Positions 1 through 7,456 of a DNA stretch of 51,030 bases are shown piece by piece (position 1 is the first letter of the stretch; every line of letters begins with the position of its first letter). Made by a program: the position numbers and the translations under genes. A model generated the notes under the pieces. It did no database searches and was not told the DNA's origin. It saw nothing but the letters and a program-made list of their open reading frames with translations. The DNA comes from a virus, in the IMG/VR virus record IMGVR_UViG_3300045988_128615, positions 1 to 51,030 of that record; one strand, written 5' to 3'.

Positions 1-55
1 ATATCCCCTCCCGTAAGATTCGGGGTAACAACCGGTTTAAGCCGTTGAGGGGAAC
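1..55. repeat. 55-bp terminal direct repeat, copy 1 (circular-assembly overlap)
   Basis: Bases 1-55 (ATATCCCCTCCCGTAAGATTCGGGGTAACAACCGGTTTAAGCCGTTGAGGGGAAC) recur exactly as the last 55 bases. 55 is a common assembler k-mer length. Confidence 0.95.
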
Positions 56-64
56 AATATAAAA

Positions 65-256
65 ATGCATATTATGAAAACAGCTAATTTTATCCTGTCT
101 ATATTTGCCGCACTATGTTCTTTAGGAATGATTTATGGTGCGATAGTTACGGAAAGTCCTATAAAATCCGTATCGGTGATTATATTTTCCATTATCTCAT
201 TATTGTGTGTGAGATTGGTGGTAATGACATACAGAGAGTTAAAGGAATATGAATGA
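65..256 (+). CDS. small membrane protein (two hydrophobic helices)
   Basis: 63-aa ORF with hydrophobic segments FILSIFAALCSLGMIYGAIV and VSVIIFSIISLLCVRLVVM. Confidence 0.55.
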   Translation: MHIMKTANFILSIFAALCSLGMIYGAIVTESPIKSVSVIIFSIISLLCVRLVVMTYRELKEYE

Positions 257-305
257 TTTTTTCATCTAGTTTTTTTGTTATTTTCATAAAGTTTTTGCTG
301 TCTGT

Positions 306-333
306 CCGTGCCGGTATGTGAATATAGGTACGG
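306..333 (+). promoter_or_regulatory. conserved GUGA-tetraloop hairpin, copy A
   Basis: Outer stem CCGTGCC/GGTACGG encloses GTATGTGAATATAG. The inner stem TAT/ATA around GTGA covaries with TCT/AGA in copies B and C. Confidence 0.5.
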
Positions 334-490
334 AATTTCACCGTCCATGGTTGGTACTGTCTAAGGTAATAAACATAAATAATTATCTGTTCTAATCTCT
401 ACTTTCATTTAACGGATAGTATGGCGGTCCGATTCCGCTGACGGTGGCTGTAAGTTATCATAAGTGATAGATTAAGTCGTTTAGGTTTTG

Positions 491-524
491 CTCCTGTAGT
501 CTGTGAAGATAGCAGGAGTTTTTT
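491..524 (+). terminator. conserved GUGA-tetraloop hairpin, copy B, followed by T6 (intrinsic-terminator-like)
   Basis: CTCCTG..CAGGAG stem encloses TAGTCTGTGAAGATAG and is followed by TTTTTT. Confidence 0.65.
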
Positions 525-544
525 AATTGGAAACAAGTTAAGTT

Positions 545-850
545 ATGGATATAAATATAATAAAGGAGAAAGCCAGAGAGTATGCAAATGGCATACATGG
601 AATTACGCACAAAAGAACAGCATCAGTGGATTTTGAAAAAGGTGCTCAATTTGTTTTGGAATCCATGAAATGGAGGAATGCAGAAAAAGATCCTCCACCA
701 TTAGACACAAGAGTGTTTGTAAAGAGTTCCGGGAAATTTGTGAATACCGGGATGTTGGTATTCGATAGTGAGCATAAGAAGAACATTTGGATATGTGGAA
801 ATACTAACCGGGCATGGGACATTGATTTTTGGAAACCATTGCCACAATAA
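545..850 (+). CDS. hypothetical protein, DUF551-like C-terminus
   Basis: 101-aa ORF. The Trp-rich end ...AWDIDFWKPLPQ resembles the W..lP end of DUF551 phage proteins. Confidence 0.6.
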   Translation: MDINIIKEKAREYANGIHGITHKRTASVDFEKGAQFVLESMKWRNAEKDPPPLDTRVFVKSSGKFVNTGMLVFDSEHKKNIWICGNTNRAWDIDFWKPLPQ

Positions 851-869
851 TTAGATAAACTTAAAATAA

Positions 870-1019
870 ATGGTTATGAAGAAAGGTGATAAAGTACGTG
901 AGATAGGTGATACGTTGACAGGTACAATAGTTTATATCGCTAACGGATATGCTGATGTCAAATATCCTAATATGAAAGGTGTATGCTCATTGCCGATCCA
1001 ATTTCTTGAAAAGGTATGA
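870..1019 (+). CDS. small hypothetical protein (49 aa, below ORF-track cutoff)
   Basis: ATG at 870. Product is MVMKKGDKVREIGDTLTGTIVYIANGYADVKYPNMKGVCSLPIQFLEKV. Its TGA overlaps the next start (ATGA at 1016). Confidence 0.5.
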   Translation: MVMKKGDKVREIGDTLTGTIVYIANGYADVKYPNMKGVCSLPIQFLEKV

Positions 1020-1258
1020 GAACTATAAGCCAGATAAGCGATGAATTGGAAAAGCTTTATTCAGAGCTTGATATAGTCCAGTCAATGAGTGAGGAATCGG
1101 TAAGGCTCACATTCAATGCTGAATGTAAGGGCAAGTATATATCCTTGCTTAATGAAGAAATCGATTCTCTAGAAAACGAACTTGAAGAAGTGGAAAGATA
1201 TCATGGCAGGAAGCGGAACTTTGTAAGGACTGCGGACCTGCCTTTTTTGTGTTGGTAA
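1016..1258 (+). CDS. hypothetical coiled-coil protein
   Basis: 80-aa ORF, acidic and helical in composition, translationally coupled to the upstream small ORF. Confidence 0.55.
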   Translation: MRTISQISDELEKLYSELDIVQSMSEESVRLTFNAECKGKYISLLNEEIDSLENELEEVERYHGRKRNFVRTADLPFLCW

Positions 1259-1285
1259 AAGCGAACATTTTAAAATTTAAATATT

Positions 1286-2173
1286 ATGCCTATAGTTAAG
1301 AAAAATGATGTTTTACCGGAGCGTCCTGTAATTATTGTATTATATGGAGTACCCGGAAGTGGGAAAACCTCAGTAGCTACAACAGCGGATAATCCTTTAT
1401 TGATAGATTGCGACAGGGGGGCAGACCGCGCAGTACAACGTTGTGATACCATAATGGCTAAATGTTGGAAAGATATTGATTCAGAACGTGAATCTATGAA
1501 AGATTACAAAACAATAGTTGTCGATACAGCCAAATCAATGATAGACGATTATCTGAGTCAATATGCTATTGACAATAATTATAAATTGAAAACGAATACT
1601 TTAAAACGGTTTGGGCAGATGGGCGAGGACTTTAAAGAGTTCGTCAACTTTCTTCGCTCGAATGGTTCTGACATTGTTTTTATATGCCATGACAAGGAAA
1701 CGGCAGACGGTGATGTGATAAAGCACTCTCCGGATTGCACAGGGCAATCAAAAGACCTGCTTGTCAGGATAGCTGACCAAGTTGGATATGTATTCATACA
1801 AAATGGGAAGCGTTCTATTTCATTTGCACCGTTGGATAATTTTGTAGGCAAAAATGTAGCAGGACTTGGAACTGTGGTAATACCTGATTATGGAACAACC
1901 GAGTTTGATACATGTATGTCTGACATTATATCGAAAGTGAAGATATCAATTCAAGGAAAAGGAGAAGCACAAGCAAAAGCTAATGAACAGCTTGCGGCAA
2001 TACGTGAACAGCTTGCCGCCGCAATGACCGATGAAGATATTCTTGCCTTGATGGAGGCTACAAAACTATTACCTAAAATTATGCGAGTACCCTTCTTTTC
2101 TGAGATGCAGAAGAGTCTTGCAGCAAAAGGATTCACTTTCGATCAAGATAAAAAGTTATTCGTGAAAGTATGA
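1286..2173 (+). CDS. Sak4-like RecA-superfamily ATPase (AAA_24-type), recombination
   Basis: Walker A GVPGSGKT and Walker B-like TIVVDT. It is the first gene of a recombination module. Confidence 0.75.
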   Translation: MPIVKKNDVLPERPVIIVLYGVPGSGKTSVATTADNPLLIDCDRGADRAVQRCDTIMAKCWKDIDSERESMKDYKTIVVDTAKSMIDDYLSQYAIDNNYKLKTNTLKRFGQMGEDFKEFVNFLRSNGSDIVFICHDKETADGDVIKHSPDCTGQSKDLLVRIADQVGYVFIQNGKRSISFAPLDNFVGKNVAGLGTVVIPDYGTTEFDTCMSDIISKVKISIQGKGEAQAKANEQLAAIREQLAAAMTDEDILALMEATKLLPKIMRVPFFSEMQKSLAAKGFTFDQDKKLFVKV

Positions 2174-2913
2174 TACCGCTAATTCGCGTAACAATTTTAG
2201 AAGCATTCCGAAAGTACATAGAGCAAAGCGATTATGCCAACTATGAGATAACGGAGCAATCCGTTATTGACAGTATAACAGGCAAGTTCACGGGTAATGT
2301 GTATACAAAAATTGGACAGGCATTTCATAAAATAGTGGAAGAAGGTACACCGAAATGTGATAAAGTAGATGCAGGAGAACGTACCTTCCTCCATTATAAT
2401 AAAGAACAAAAAGAGCCTGTTCCTTGTGGTAGATCCTTTGACATTGAAGGTGATAAAGTGATTATGGATATTGCACAATGCAAGACCGCGCTTTCCTATC
2501 GTAACGAATACCCGAATGCTTTTCATGAGATAAGACTGTATAAGGATTTTGGAGATGCTATTATAACAGGATGTGCCGATATGGTGAATGGTGTGGAGAT
2601 CAGGGACATTAAGACTAAATATTCTTATCCTACCGATGCCGATTACATCAATTCTTGCCAATGGCGATTTTATCTCCAGCTATTCAATTTAGACGTGTTT
2701 CACTTTGACTTGTTCATCTTTGAAGGATACGACAAAGATAAGCATGGATATGATGTCAGAGGACTTCCATTGAAACGCTATGAGCCTGCTATTACATGTT
2801 ATCGTTATGATGGTATGGAGCAGGATAATATGAATCTATTACACTCTTTTTTAGAGTGGGTAGAATACAGAGATTTAACCAAGTATTTATTAAAAGAAAA
2901 AATAGAAAATTAA
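2170..2913 (+). CDS. PD-(D/E)XK (RecB/Cas4-type) nuclease
   Basis: CADMVNGVEIRDIKT gives the D..E.K motif and is followed by QWRFY (QxxxY). The start overlaps the ATPase gene stop by 4 nt. Confidence 0.65.
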   Translation: MIPLIRVTILEAFRKYIEQSDYANYEITEQSVIDSITGKFTGNVYTKIGQAFHKIVEEGTPKCDKVDAGERTFLHYNKEQKEPVPCGRSFDIEGDKVIMDIAQCKTALSYRNEYPNAFHEIRLYKDFGDAIITGCADMVNGVEIRDIKTKYSYPTDADYINSCQWRFYLQLFNLDVFHFDLFIFEGYDKDKHGYDVRGLPLKRYEPAITCYRYDGMEQDNMNLLHSFLEWVEYRDLTKYLLKEKIEN

Positions 2914-2915
2914 TT

Positions 2916-3221
2916 ATGGCAATTTTAAGTGGTTCTATCTGTCTCTCTGATATACCTCGTGAGCAGATGAAGAAAATTAAGTGTAAAGATGGAGTTGAAA
3001 GAATCTATGTGAATGTGGCTGTTATCGAGCGCAGAGAGAAATCCCAGTTTGGGCATACGCATTTCATCACTTGTTCCCCTAAAAAGGAGGAACGGGTAGA
3101 AGGAAGGAACTATATCTGCGGGGACCTCAAAGAGTTTATACCTCAGAATACATCACCCACCCCAGAGGATATAAATAATGCTCCTAGCGTGTCGGATAAT
3201 GATCTAGATTTGCCCTTCTGA
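2916..3221 (+). CDS. putative non-canonical ssDNA-binding protein
   Basis: ATG at 2916 follows the stop at 2913. The C-terminal acidic tip SDNDLDLPF mimics the SSB DDDIPF tail. The gene lies between the nuclease and NinB genes. Confidence 0.45.
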   Translation: MAILSGSICLSDIPREQMKKIKCKDGVERIYVNVAVIERREKSQFGHTHFITCSPKKEERVEGRNYICGDLKEFIPQNTSPTPEDINNAPSVSDNDLDLPF

Positions 3222-3658
3222 TGAAGTACGATGGCTCTAATCCTCTCCACGTCCAGCAGGCAAGAGCGAAGCTGGAGAAGTTGATAAAGGAACAGAAGGT
3301 GTTTGAATTGACGGAAAAGAAACCGCAAAGATCTTTAAATCAGAACAAATACCTTCATGTCTGCCTTGCTTATTTCGGTTGCCAAATCGGTGAAACGATG
3401 GAATATGTAAAGCGGAACTATTACAAGATTCTCTGCAACAAAGACACTTTCGTCCGTGAGAGAGAAGACAAGTTTTTGGGTCGGATAAAGTATCTACGAA
3501 GTTCTTCTGATCTTGACAGCGCGGAGATGAGCCTAACTATTGAGCGGTTTCGGAATTTTTCGAGTGCCCAATGTGGCATATATATCCCATCTCCAGACGA
3601 AGAACGTTTGATTCAGTTGATGGAGATAGAGGTCGAACAAAACAAATTTCATATCTGA
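3221..3658 (+). CDS. ninB: NinB/Orf-family recombination mediator
   Basis: RSLNQNKYLHVCL matches lambda NinB RSLDQNRKLWACL. SSSDLDSAEMSLTIERF matches STSRMRVGEFAELLELI. Length is 145 aa against 146 aa for lambda Orf. Confidence 0.65.
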   Translation: MKYDGSNPLHVQQARAKLEKLIKEQKVFELTEKKPQRSLNQNKYLHVCLAYFGCQIGETMEYVKRNYYKILCNKDTFVREREDKFLGRIKYLRSSSDLDSAEMSLTIERFRNFSSAQCGIYIPSPDEERLIQLMEIEVEQNKFHI

Positions 3659-3832
3659 AACAATGATTATACGAATTAGTGCCTTTATCATTATGGCAAT
3701 ATCTTTCTTGATAAATTGTTTTATAAGAATGACAGTGATAATTATATGGCTATCCTGTTACAAATAATAGTATGGCTGATGTTGATATATGCTGAACTTT
3801 GCGATATAGAATCGCTCCTTTAGGTTATTATC

Positions 3833-3994
3833 ATGAAACTTACTTTGACAAAACAAGAAGTGCTTCTCATCCAGTTACTTCTTCATATTTATAAAAACGA
3901 GTTGCCCGATGACGGAACAGAGAAGCATGGACGTTTTGTCGGGAAGCTGTACAAGAAAATCAAAAGACAAATTATTAATCAATTAAAGCAATAA
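3833..3994 (+). CDS. small hypothetical protein (53 aa, below ORF-track cutoff)
   Basis: ATG at 3833. Product is MKLTLTKQEVLLIQLLLHIYKNELPDDGTEKHGRFVGKLYKKIKRQIINQLKQ. The stop lies 4 nt before the next ATG (3999). Confidence 0.45.
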   Translation: MKLTLTKQEVLLIQLLLHIYKNELPDDGTEKHGRFVGKLYKKIKRQIINQLKQ

Positions 3995-3998
3995 AATT

Positions 3999-4220
3999 AT
4001 GGAATCGAATATTTCGCGCGATCATATTGCGCTTGAAGCAATGAAGTGCATGATGATGACAGCAAAACGCAGGAGAACTTTATGGAACAGGATTGTCACA
4101 TTGTTTTTCCCGTCCAAAGAAGTTAGTGTTACAAACTACTACTATAAAGGACAGGCTAAATCAGCTTACCAAATAGCTGATGCAATGATTAAGGAACGTA
4201 ACAAGACAAAGGAGGAATGA
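3999..4220 (+). CDS. hypothetical protein
   Basis: 73-aa ORF. Its 3' end encodes ..KTKEE and supplies AAAGGAGGAATGA just before the next ATG. Confidence 0.5.
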   Translation: MESNISRDHIALEAMKCMMMTAKRRRTLWNRIVTLFFPSKEVSVTNYYYKGQAKSAYQIADAMIKERNKTKEE

Positions 4221-4221
4221 T

Positions 4222-4629
4222 ATGTATTACGAGGTAAAGTTAAAGGTGATGAAACCTAACAAGGACGGTCTTGAAAAAGAAGTAAAAGAACACTTCATTA
4301 CAGACTGCTCACTTTTTGCAGAAGCGGAAGCCAAAGGGCTTGAACAGTACGCATCCGATAATATGGAATCTGATGTCTTCTCCATTTCACGTTCAAACAT
4401 CATTGAGATAATCAACGAAAAGACAGAAGACAAGCCATTCTTCAAGGCTACCATTGTAGATACTCGGATTGATGAGAACGGCAATGAGAAAGAATTGAAA
4501 TACTATAATTTGGTTTGCGCAAAGGATTTAAAGGAGGCAAACACTTTGATGGAACAACACCTTTCACAAGGTTTGTCTGATATGAGATTGGATGCGATTG
4601 TTAAAACCAAAATAATTGATTTGATTTAG
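4222..4629 (+). CDS. DUF4494-like protein
   Basis: 135 aa. The pattern YEVKLKV...EHFITDCSLFAEAEAKG recalls Bacteroidota DUF4494 proteins. This is from memory, not a search. Confidence 0.5.
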   Translation: MYYEVKLKVMKPNKDGLEKEVKEHFITDCSLFAEAEAKGLEQYASDNMESDVFSISRSNIIEIINEKTEDKPFFKATIVDTRIDENGNEKELKYYNLVCAKDLKEANTLMEQHLSQGLSDMRLDAIVKTKIIDLI

Positions 4630-4743
4630 TTATGGAAGAGTTTATTTCAGATTGGTTCATTCCGATGGATTTCGGTAATGATATGCCGGGCGAAGAACCT
4701 AACGGTGAGGATAATTTTAGATTTATTTTCTTATAAACTTTAT

Positions 4744-4773
4744 GCCTTCCCGGTCTGTGAAGATAGGGTGGGC
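4744..4773 (+). promoter_or_regulatory. conserved GUGA-tetraloop hairpin, copy C
   Basis: GCCTTCCC..GGGTGGGC stem (one mismatch) encloses the same 14-mer as copy B, GTCTGTGAAGATAG (4753-4766). Confidence 0.5.
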
Positions 4774-4779
4774 AAACAT

Positions 4780-4974
4780 GGGATAAAATGGTCATAGGGT
4801 GCTAAGACTAAATGAATGGAAATTTCAAGTGTACATAGAAATGGAAGTCATCAAGACCGTAGCTGAGAGTAATACATTTGTTGAGTAGTTTAAAGATCGT
4901 AGGATAGCCAATCTACGGACGAAAGCGAGAAATCAGACGATACTTGTGTAGGTTCGACTCCTGCTTATCCCTCA
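4780..4974 (+). ncRNA. candidate structured RNA closed by a tRNA-like acceptor stem and T-arm (alternatively an attP-type tRNA 3' fragment)
   Basis: T-arm GTAGG-TTCGACT-CCTGC (4948-4964) is followed by TTATCCC (4965-4971). That 7-mer pairs perfectly with GGGATAA at 4780-4786. No D or anticodon arms can be drawn. A terminator follows at 5023. Confidence 0.35.
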
Positions 4975-5022
4975 TAAATGTGAGCCACACATCAATGGCA
5001 AGGGTTAGTAAATAATGGTTGT

Positions 5023-5053
5023 GCCCCGGAGAATACGCTTCGGGGCTTTAATT
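5023..5053 (+). terminator. intrinsic terminator
   Basis: GCCCCGGAG / CTTCGGGGC 9-bp stem, 6-nt loop, then TTTAATT. Confidence 0.7.
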
Positions 5054-5064
5054 AAAAGAATAAC

Positions 5065-5328
5065 ATGGAAACAAAAGAAATTACTAAGACTGTTTACATC
5101 GCATATGATGGGGAGGAGTTTCTTTCAAAAGAGGATTGTGAAAAATATGAGAATTTTGCAAAAAAAATACTTTCACGTATTAAATATTTCTGTATCAGAT
5201 GTAATCCGGATTTGACAGAAACAGGGAATTTTACACATAAGATATATGTAGCAGTATTCTCCAAACATTACTTTTATAGAGATATTGCTTTTGAGTGGGC
5301 ATTACGTAAATTCGGTTATTTAGGATAA
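5065..5328 (+). CDS. hypothetical protein (apparent N-terminal part of a split gene)
   Basis: 87-aa ORF ending ..WALRKFGYLG. A coding-looking open frame continues downstream in another frame. Confidence 0.55.
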   Translation: METKEITKTVYIAYDGEEFLSKEDCEKYENFAKKILSRIKYFCIRCNPDLTETGNFTHKIYVAVFSKHYFYRDIAFEWALRKFGYLG

Positions 5329-5516
5329 GTGTACAAGGATATGGCTTTCAGACACATTTTTGTGTAAGTGAAGTTTCTAAAGAAGAATATGAAAAGTGTC
5401 CACCCACCGAATGGGGAGGATCAAATTTAAAAAGTGATAAGATATTCCTCAGCCCTATATTGGTAGAAGGATTTCCTGAAAACATTGACTACATGAAAGA
5501 ATGGGGATTTAAATAA
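5310..5516 (+). pseudogene. start-less open frame (-1 relative to 5065..5328), probable continuation of that gene
   Basis: 68 sense codons with no ATG/GTG/TTG until near the end. Product is ..SVQGYGFQTHFCVSEVSKEEYEKCPPTEWGGSNLKSDKIFLSPILVEGFPENIDYMKEWGFK. This AT-rich DNA is stop-rich in non-coding frames. Confidence 0.4.
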
Positions 5517-5544
5517 TGCCGTACTACATAAACAAATAATAATT

Positions 5545-5952
5545 ATGACATACGAAGAGATGAAATCCAAGGCTTGTGTGGCAAGCAGCCGTAGTAAGCC
5601 CAAAAATGAAGAGCATAAAATACAATGTTCTTGTGTTAGATATTTCCGTTTAAAATATCCCCATCTCAGAAATATGCTGTTTGCTGTTCCTAATGCGGCA
5701 AGACGTTCTGCAAGGAACGGAGCTTATATGAAAGATGAAGGTATGCTTCCCGGAGTCGCAGACCTGATACTTCTTAAGAGCAATCGTTTCTATGGAGCTT
5801 TGTGTGTGGAAATGAAAAAGCCGGGAGAATACCAAAGACCGGTCCAAAAAGAATGGCAAAAGGAATGTGAGGCAAATGGTAACAAATACATCGTTGTTCG
5901 GTCATTAGACGAGTTTATTAAAGTGGTGGATAATTATTTGAAAGATATATGA
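5545..5952 (+). CDS. VRR-NUC domain nuclease
   Basis: GVADLILL ... CVEMKK gives the D...E.K core. The 135-aa size is typical for phage VRR-NUC proteins. Confidence 0.75.
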   Translation: MTYEEMKSKACVASSRSKPKNEEHKIQCSCVRYFRLKYPHLRNMLFAVPNAARRSARNGAYMKDEGMLPGVADLILLKSNRFYGALCVEMKKPGEYQRPVQKEWQKECEANGNKYIVVRSLDEFIKVVDNYLKDI

Positions 5953-6770
5953 CTTATATAGAACTGATTAATTGGTTTTGGTCTCTTGACGAAGACTGGG
6001 AATTTACCTGCTGTGAAACGAGGCTTTATTTTTACTTGCTAAAAACAGCGAATCGTTTAGGCTGGGTGGATAGCTGGACGCGTAGTGATACAAAGGTATC
6101 ATCTGACGTGGGAGTGTCGGTCAACTCAATGAAATCAGCACGTAACAGATTAGTTCAGGCGGGTCTTATCACATTCAAATCAGGCGGAAAAGGACAACGG
6201 GATAAAACAAGGTATCAGATTAGCTATCAAAATTTGACACCTAAAGTTGAACCTAAAGTTGAACCTAAAGTAGTACCTAACCATGAACCTAAAGTAGTAC
6301 CTAAGCCCTTACAGTATAATGTACGCGCATTAGACAAAGATAAAGACAAAGATAATTATCTCTCTCCCCCGCGCGCGTATGAAGAAATTCCGACTGGGAT
6401 TTTTGAAAGAGGGTTGGATGAGTGCTATGAAGAATTGAAGTCGAATAGTTCATGGATGGAAGCTGTCTGCATGAATACTCGTTTATGTGGATATAAGGAT
6501 TTCGCGCCTCCTGATTTTTATGATTATTTGGAGAAGTTCTTTATGAAGCTCCAAAACGAGGGAGAAACTGTTAAATCACCCCAAGATGCAAAATCGCATT
6601 TTGCCCGATGGCTGAAAATTGAACTTGAAAAACAACGGAACAATGGAAACAACAATAGGCGCAATTATACAGACAAACAGGAAGCTAACGCCTACGCTCT
6701 TAGCTTGCTACAACAACATAAGCGAGACCTCGAAGAAGGCTTGGCTGACCAAATGGAAAGACCGTTCTGA
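5949..6770 (+). CDS. putative replication organiser (winged-helix N-domain) with PKVE repeat linker
   Basis: 273 aa. The N-terminal region (RLYFYLLKTANRLGW..SMKSARNRLVQAGLITF) looks like a DnaD/replisome-organiser-type HTH. The gene sits in the replication module. Confidence 0.45.
   Translation: MTYIELINWFWSLDEDWEFTCCETRLYFYLLKTANRLGWVDSWTRSDTKVSSDVGVSVNSMKSARNRLVQAGLITFKSGGKGQRDKTRYQISYQNLTPKVEPKVEPKVVPNHEPKVVPKPLQYNVRALDKDKDKDNYLSPPRAYEEIPTGIFERGLDECYEELKSNSSWMEAVCMNTRLCGYKDFAPPDFYDYLEKFFMKLQNEGETVKSPQDAKSHFARWLKIELEKQRNNGNNNRRNYTDKQEANAYALSLLQQHKRDLEEGLADQMERPF
6240..6305 (+). repeat. 12-nt coding tandem repeat (about 5 units)
   Basis: CCTAAAGTTGAA-type units encode PKVEPKVEPKVVPNHEPKVVPK. 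Confidence 0.8.
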
Positions 6771-6834
6771 GGTTGAAAGAGTATTTTCACCGGTCCAGTG
6801 GGGATATGCCCTTCAAAACCCGGAAAGGGCTTAT

Positions 6835-7329
6835 ATGGCAGATTGCCCTTCACTGATGCAGTATGATGCGCTTTACGGCTGTGGCTCTTCCGAATACTGG
6901 ATCGACATACAGGTGTCCGGCATATTCGGGGCTTCCAACAGCAAGGAAAAAGGCGTTGCCGACGGGATAAGAATCTTTTGCCAATCCTTTGCCTCACAGG
7001 CCAAGGCTTACAAGCTTTCCGAACTGATGCTGTTTTTCGCACGCTACAAGGCCGGGAAGTATGACAATTCATTCGCGTCTTTCGATGCCAGAAGAATAGG
7101 CAATGCTTTCTTCAAGGAGTTCAATTCCGAAAGGAATTATGAGCTGGACGCGATAAACCGAAAAAGGGTGCAGGATGAAATAGAGAACAGAAAATTTATT
7201 CCACCTGAAGGATATTCTTCTTTGACTTTGTACAACGAATTGAAACGTCGGGCGGAATCCGGGGACGAGGAAGCCGTGAAAATACTGACAGTATGGCAAA
7301 GAAAGTCAAACCGGAATCCGTATATGTAA
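6835..7329 (+). CDS. hypothetical protein (replication module)
   Basis: The frame is open from 6619, but that start would overlap the upstream gene by 150 nt. The first in-frame ATG after the upstream stop is 6835. Confidence 0.5.
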   Translation: MADCPSLMQYDALYGCGSSEYWIDIQVSGIFGASNSKEKGVADGIRIFCQSFASQAKAYKLSELMLFFARYKAGKYDNSFASFDARRIGNAFFKEFNSERNYELDAINRKRVQDEIENRKFIPPEGYSSLTLYNELKRRAESGDEEAVKILTVWQRKSNRNPYM

Positions 7330-7454
7330 AATGCCGGAATTGCAAGAATGCTTCGAACTTCGGGGACAATTCTGCGTATTGTAAGGCTAAAGGGCATAGA
7401 GTGTATGCTTGTGACAGATATGGGCAAATATGCAATAATTTTTTAAAGAAGTAA
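7293..7454 (+). CDS. small zinc-ribbon-like protein (53 aa, below ORF-track cutoff)
   Basis: Product is MAKKVKPESVYVKCRNCKNASNFGDNSAYCKAKGHRVYACDRYGQICNNFLKK (CxxC ... C ... C). The stop lies 2 nt before the next ATG (7457). Confidence 0.45.
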   Translation: MAKKVKPESVYVKCRNCKNASNFGDNSAYCKAKGHRVYACDRYGQICNNFLKK

Positions 7455-7456
7455 TT

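Noticed and set aside
1-55. Genuine direct terminal repeat (DTR) of the virion DNA
   Set aside because: A length of exactly 55 bp with perfect identity at contig ends is the signature of a de Bruijn assembler closing a circle. Real DTRs are usually longer. This cannot be settled without reads.
4898-4974. A conventional 73-77-nt tRNA gene ending at the T-arm at 4948-4964
   Set aside because: With the T-arm fixed, the upstream 48 nt give no acceptor 5' strand, D-arm or anticodon stem. CGAGA/CGATA do not pair. Only the distant GGGATAA at 4780 pairs with the 3' strand.
5015-5215. 66-aa ORF 5015..5215
   Set aside because: It begins inside the terminator hairpin at 5023-5053 and overlaps the better ORF 5065..5328 in another frame.
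6619-6834. Upstream start (6619 or 6643) for the gene ending at 7329
   Set aside because: It would overlap the preceding gene by 130-150 nt, and the overlapped translation (MNLKNNGTMETTIGAIIQTNRKL..) looks like an out-of-frame shadow. The first ATG after the upstream stop (6835) is preferred. A fusion or frameshift with the upstream gene is not excluded.
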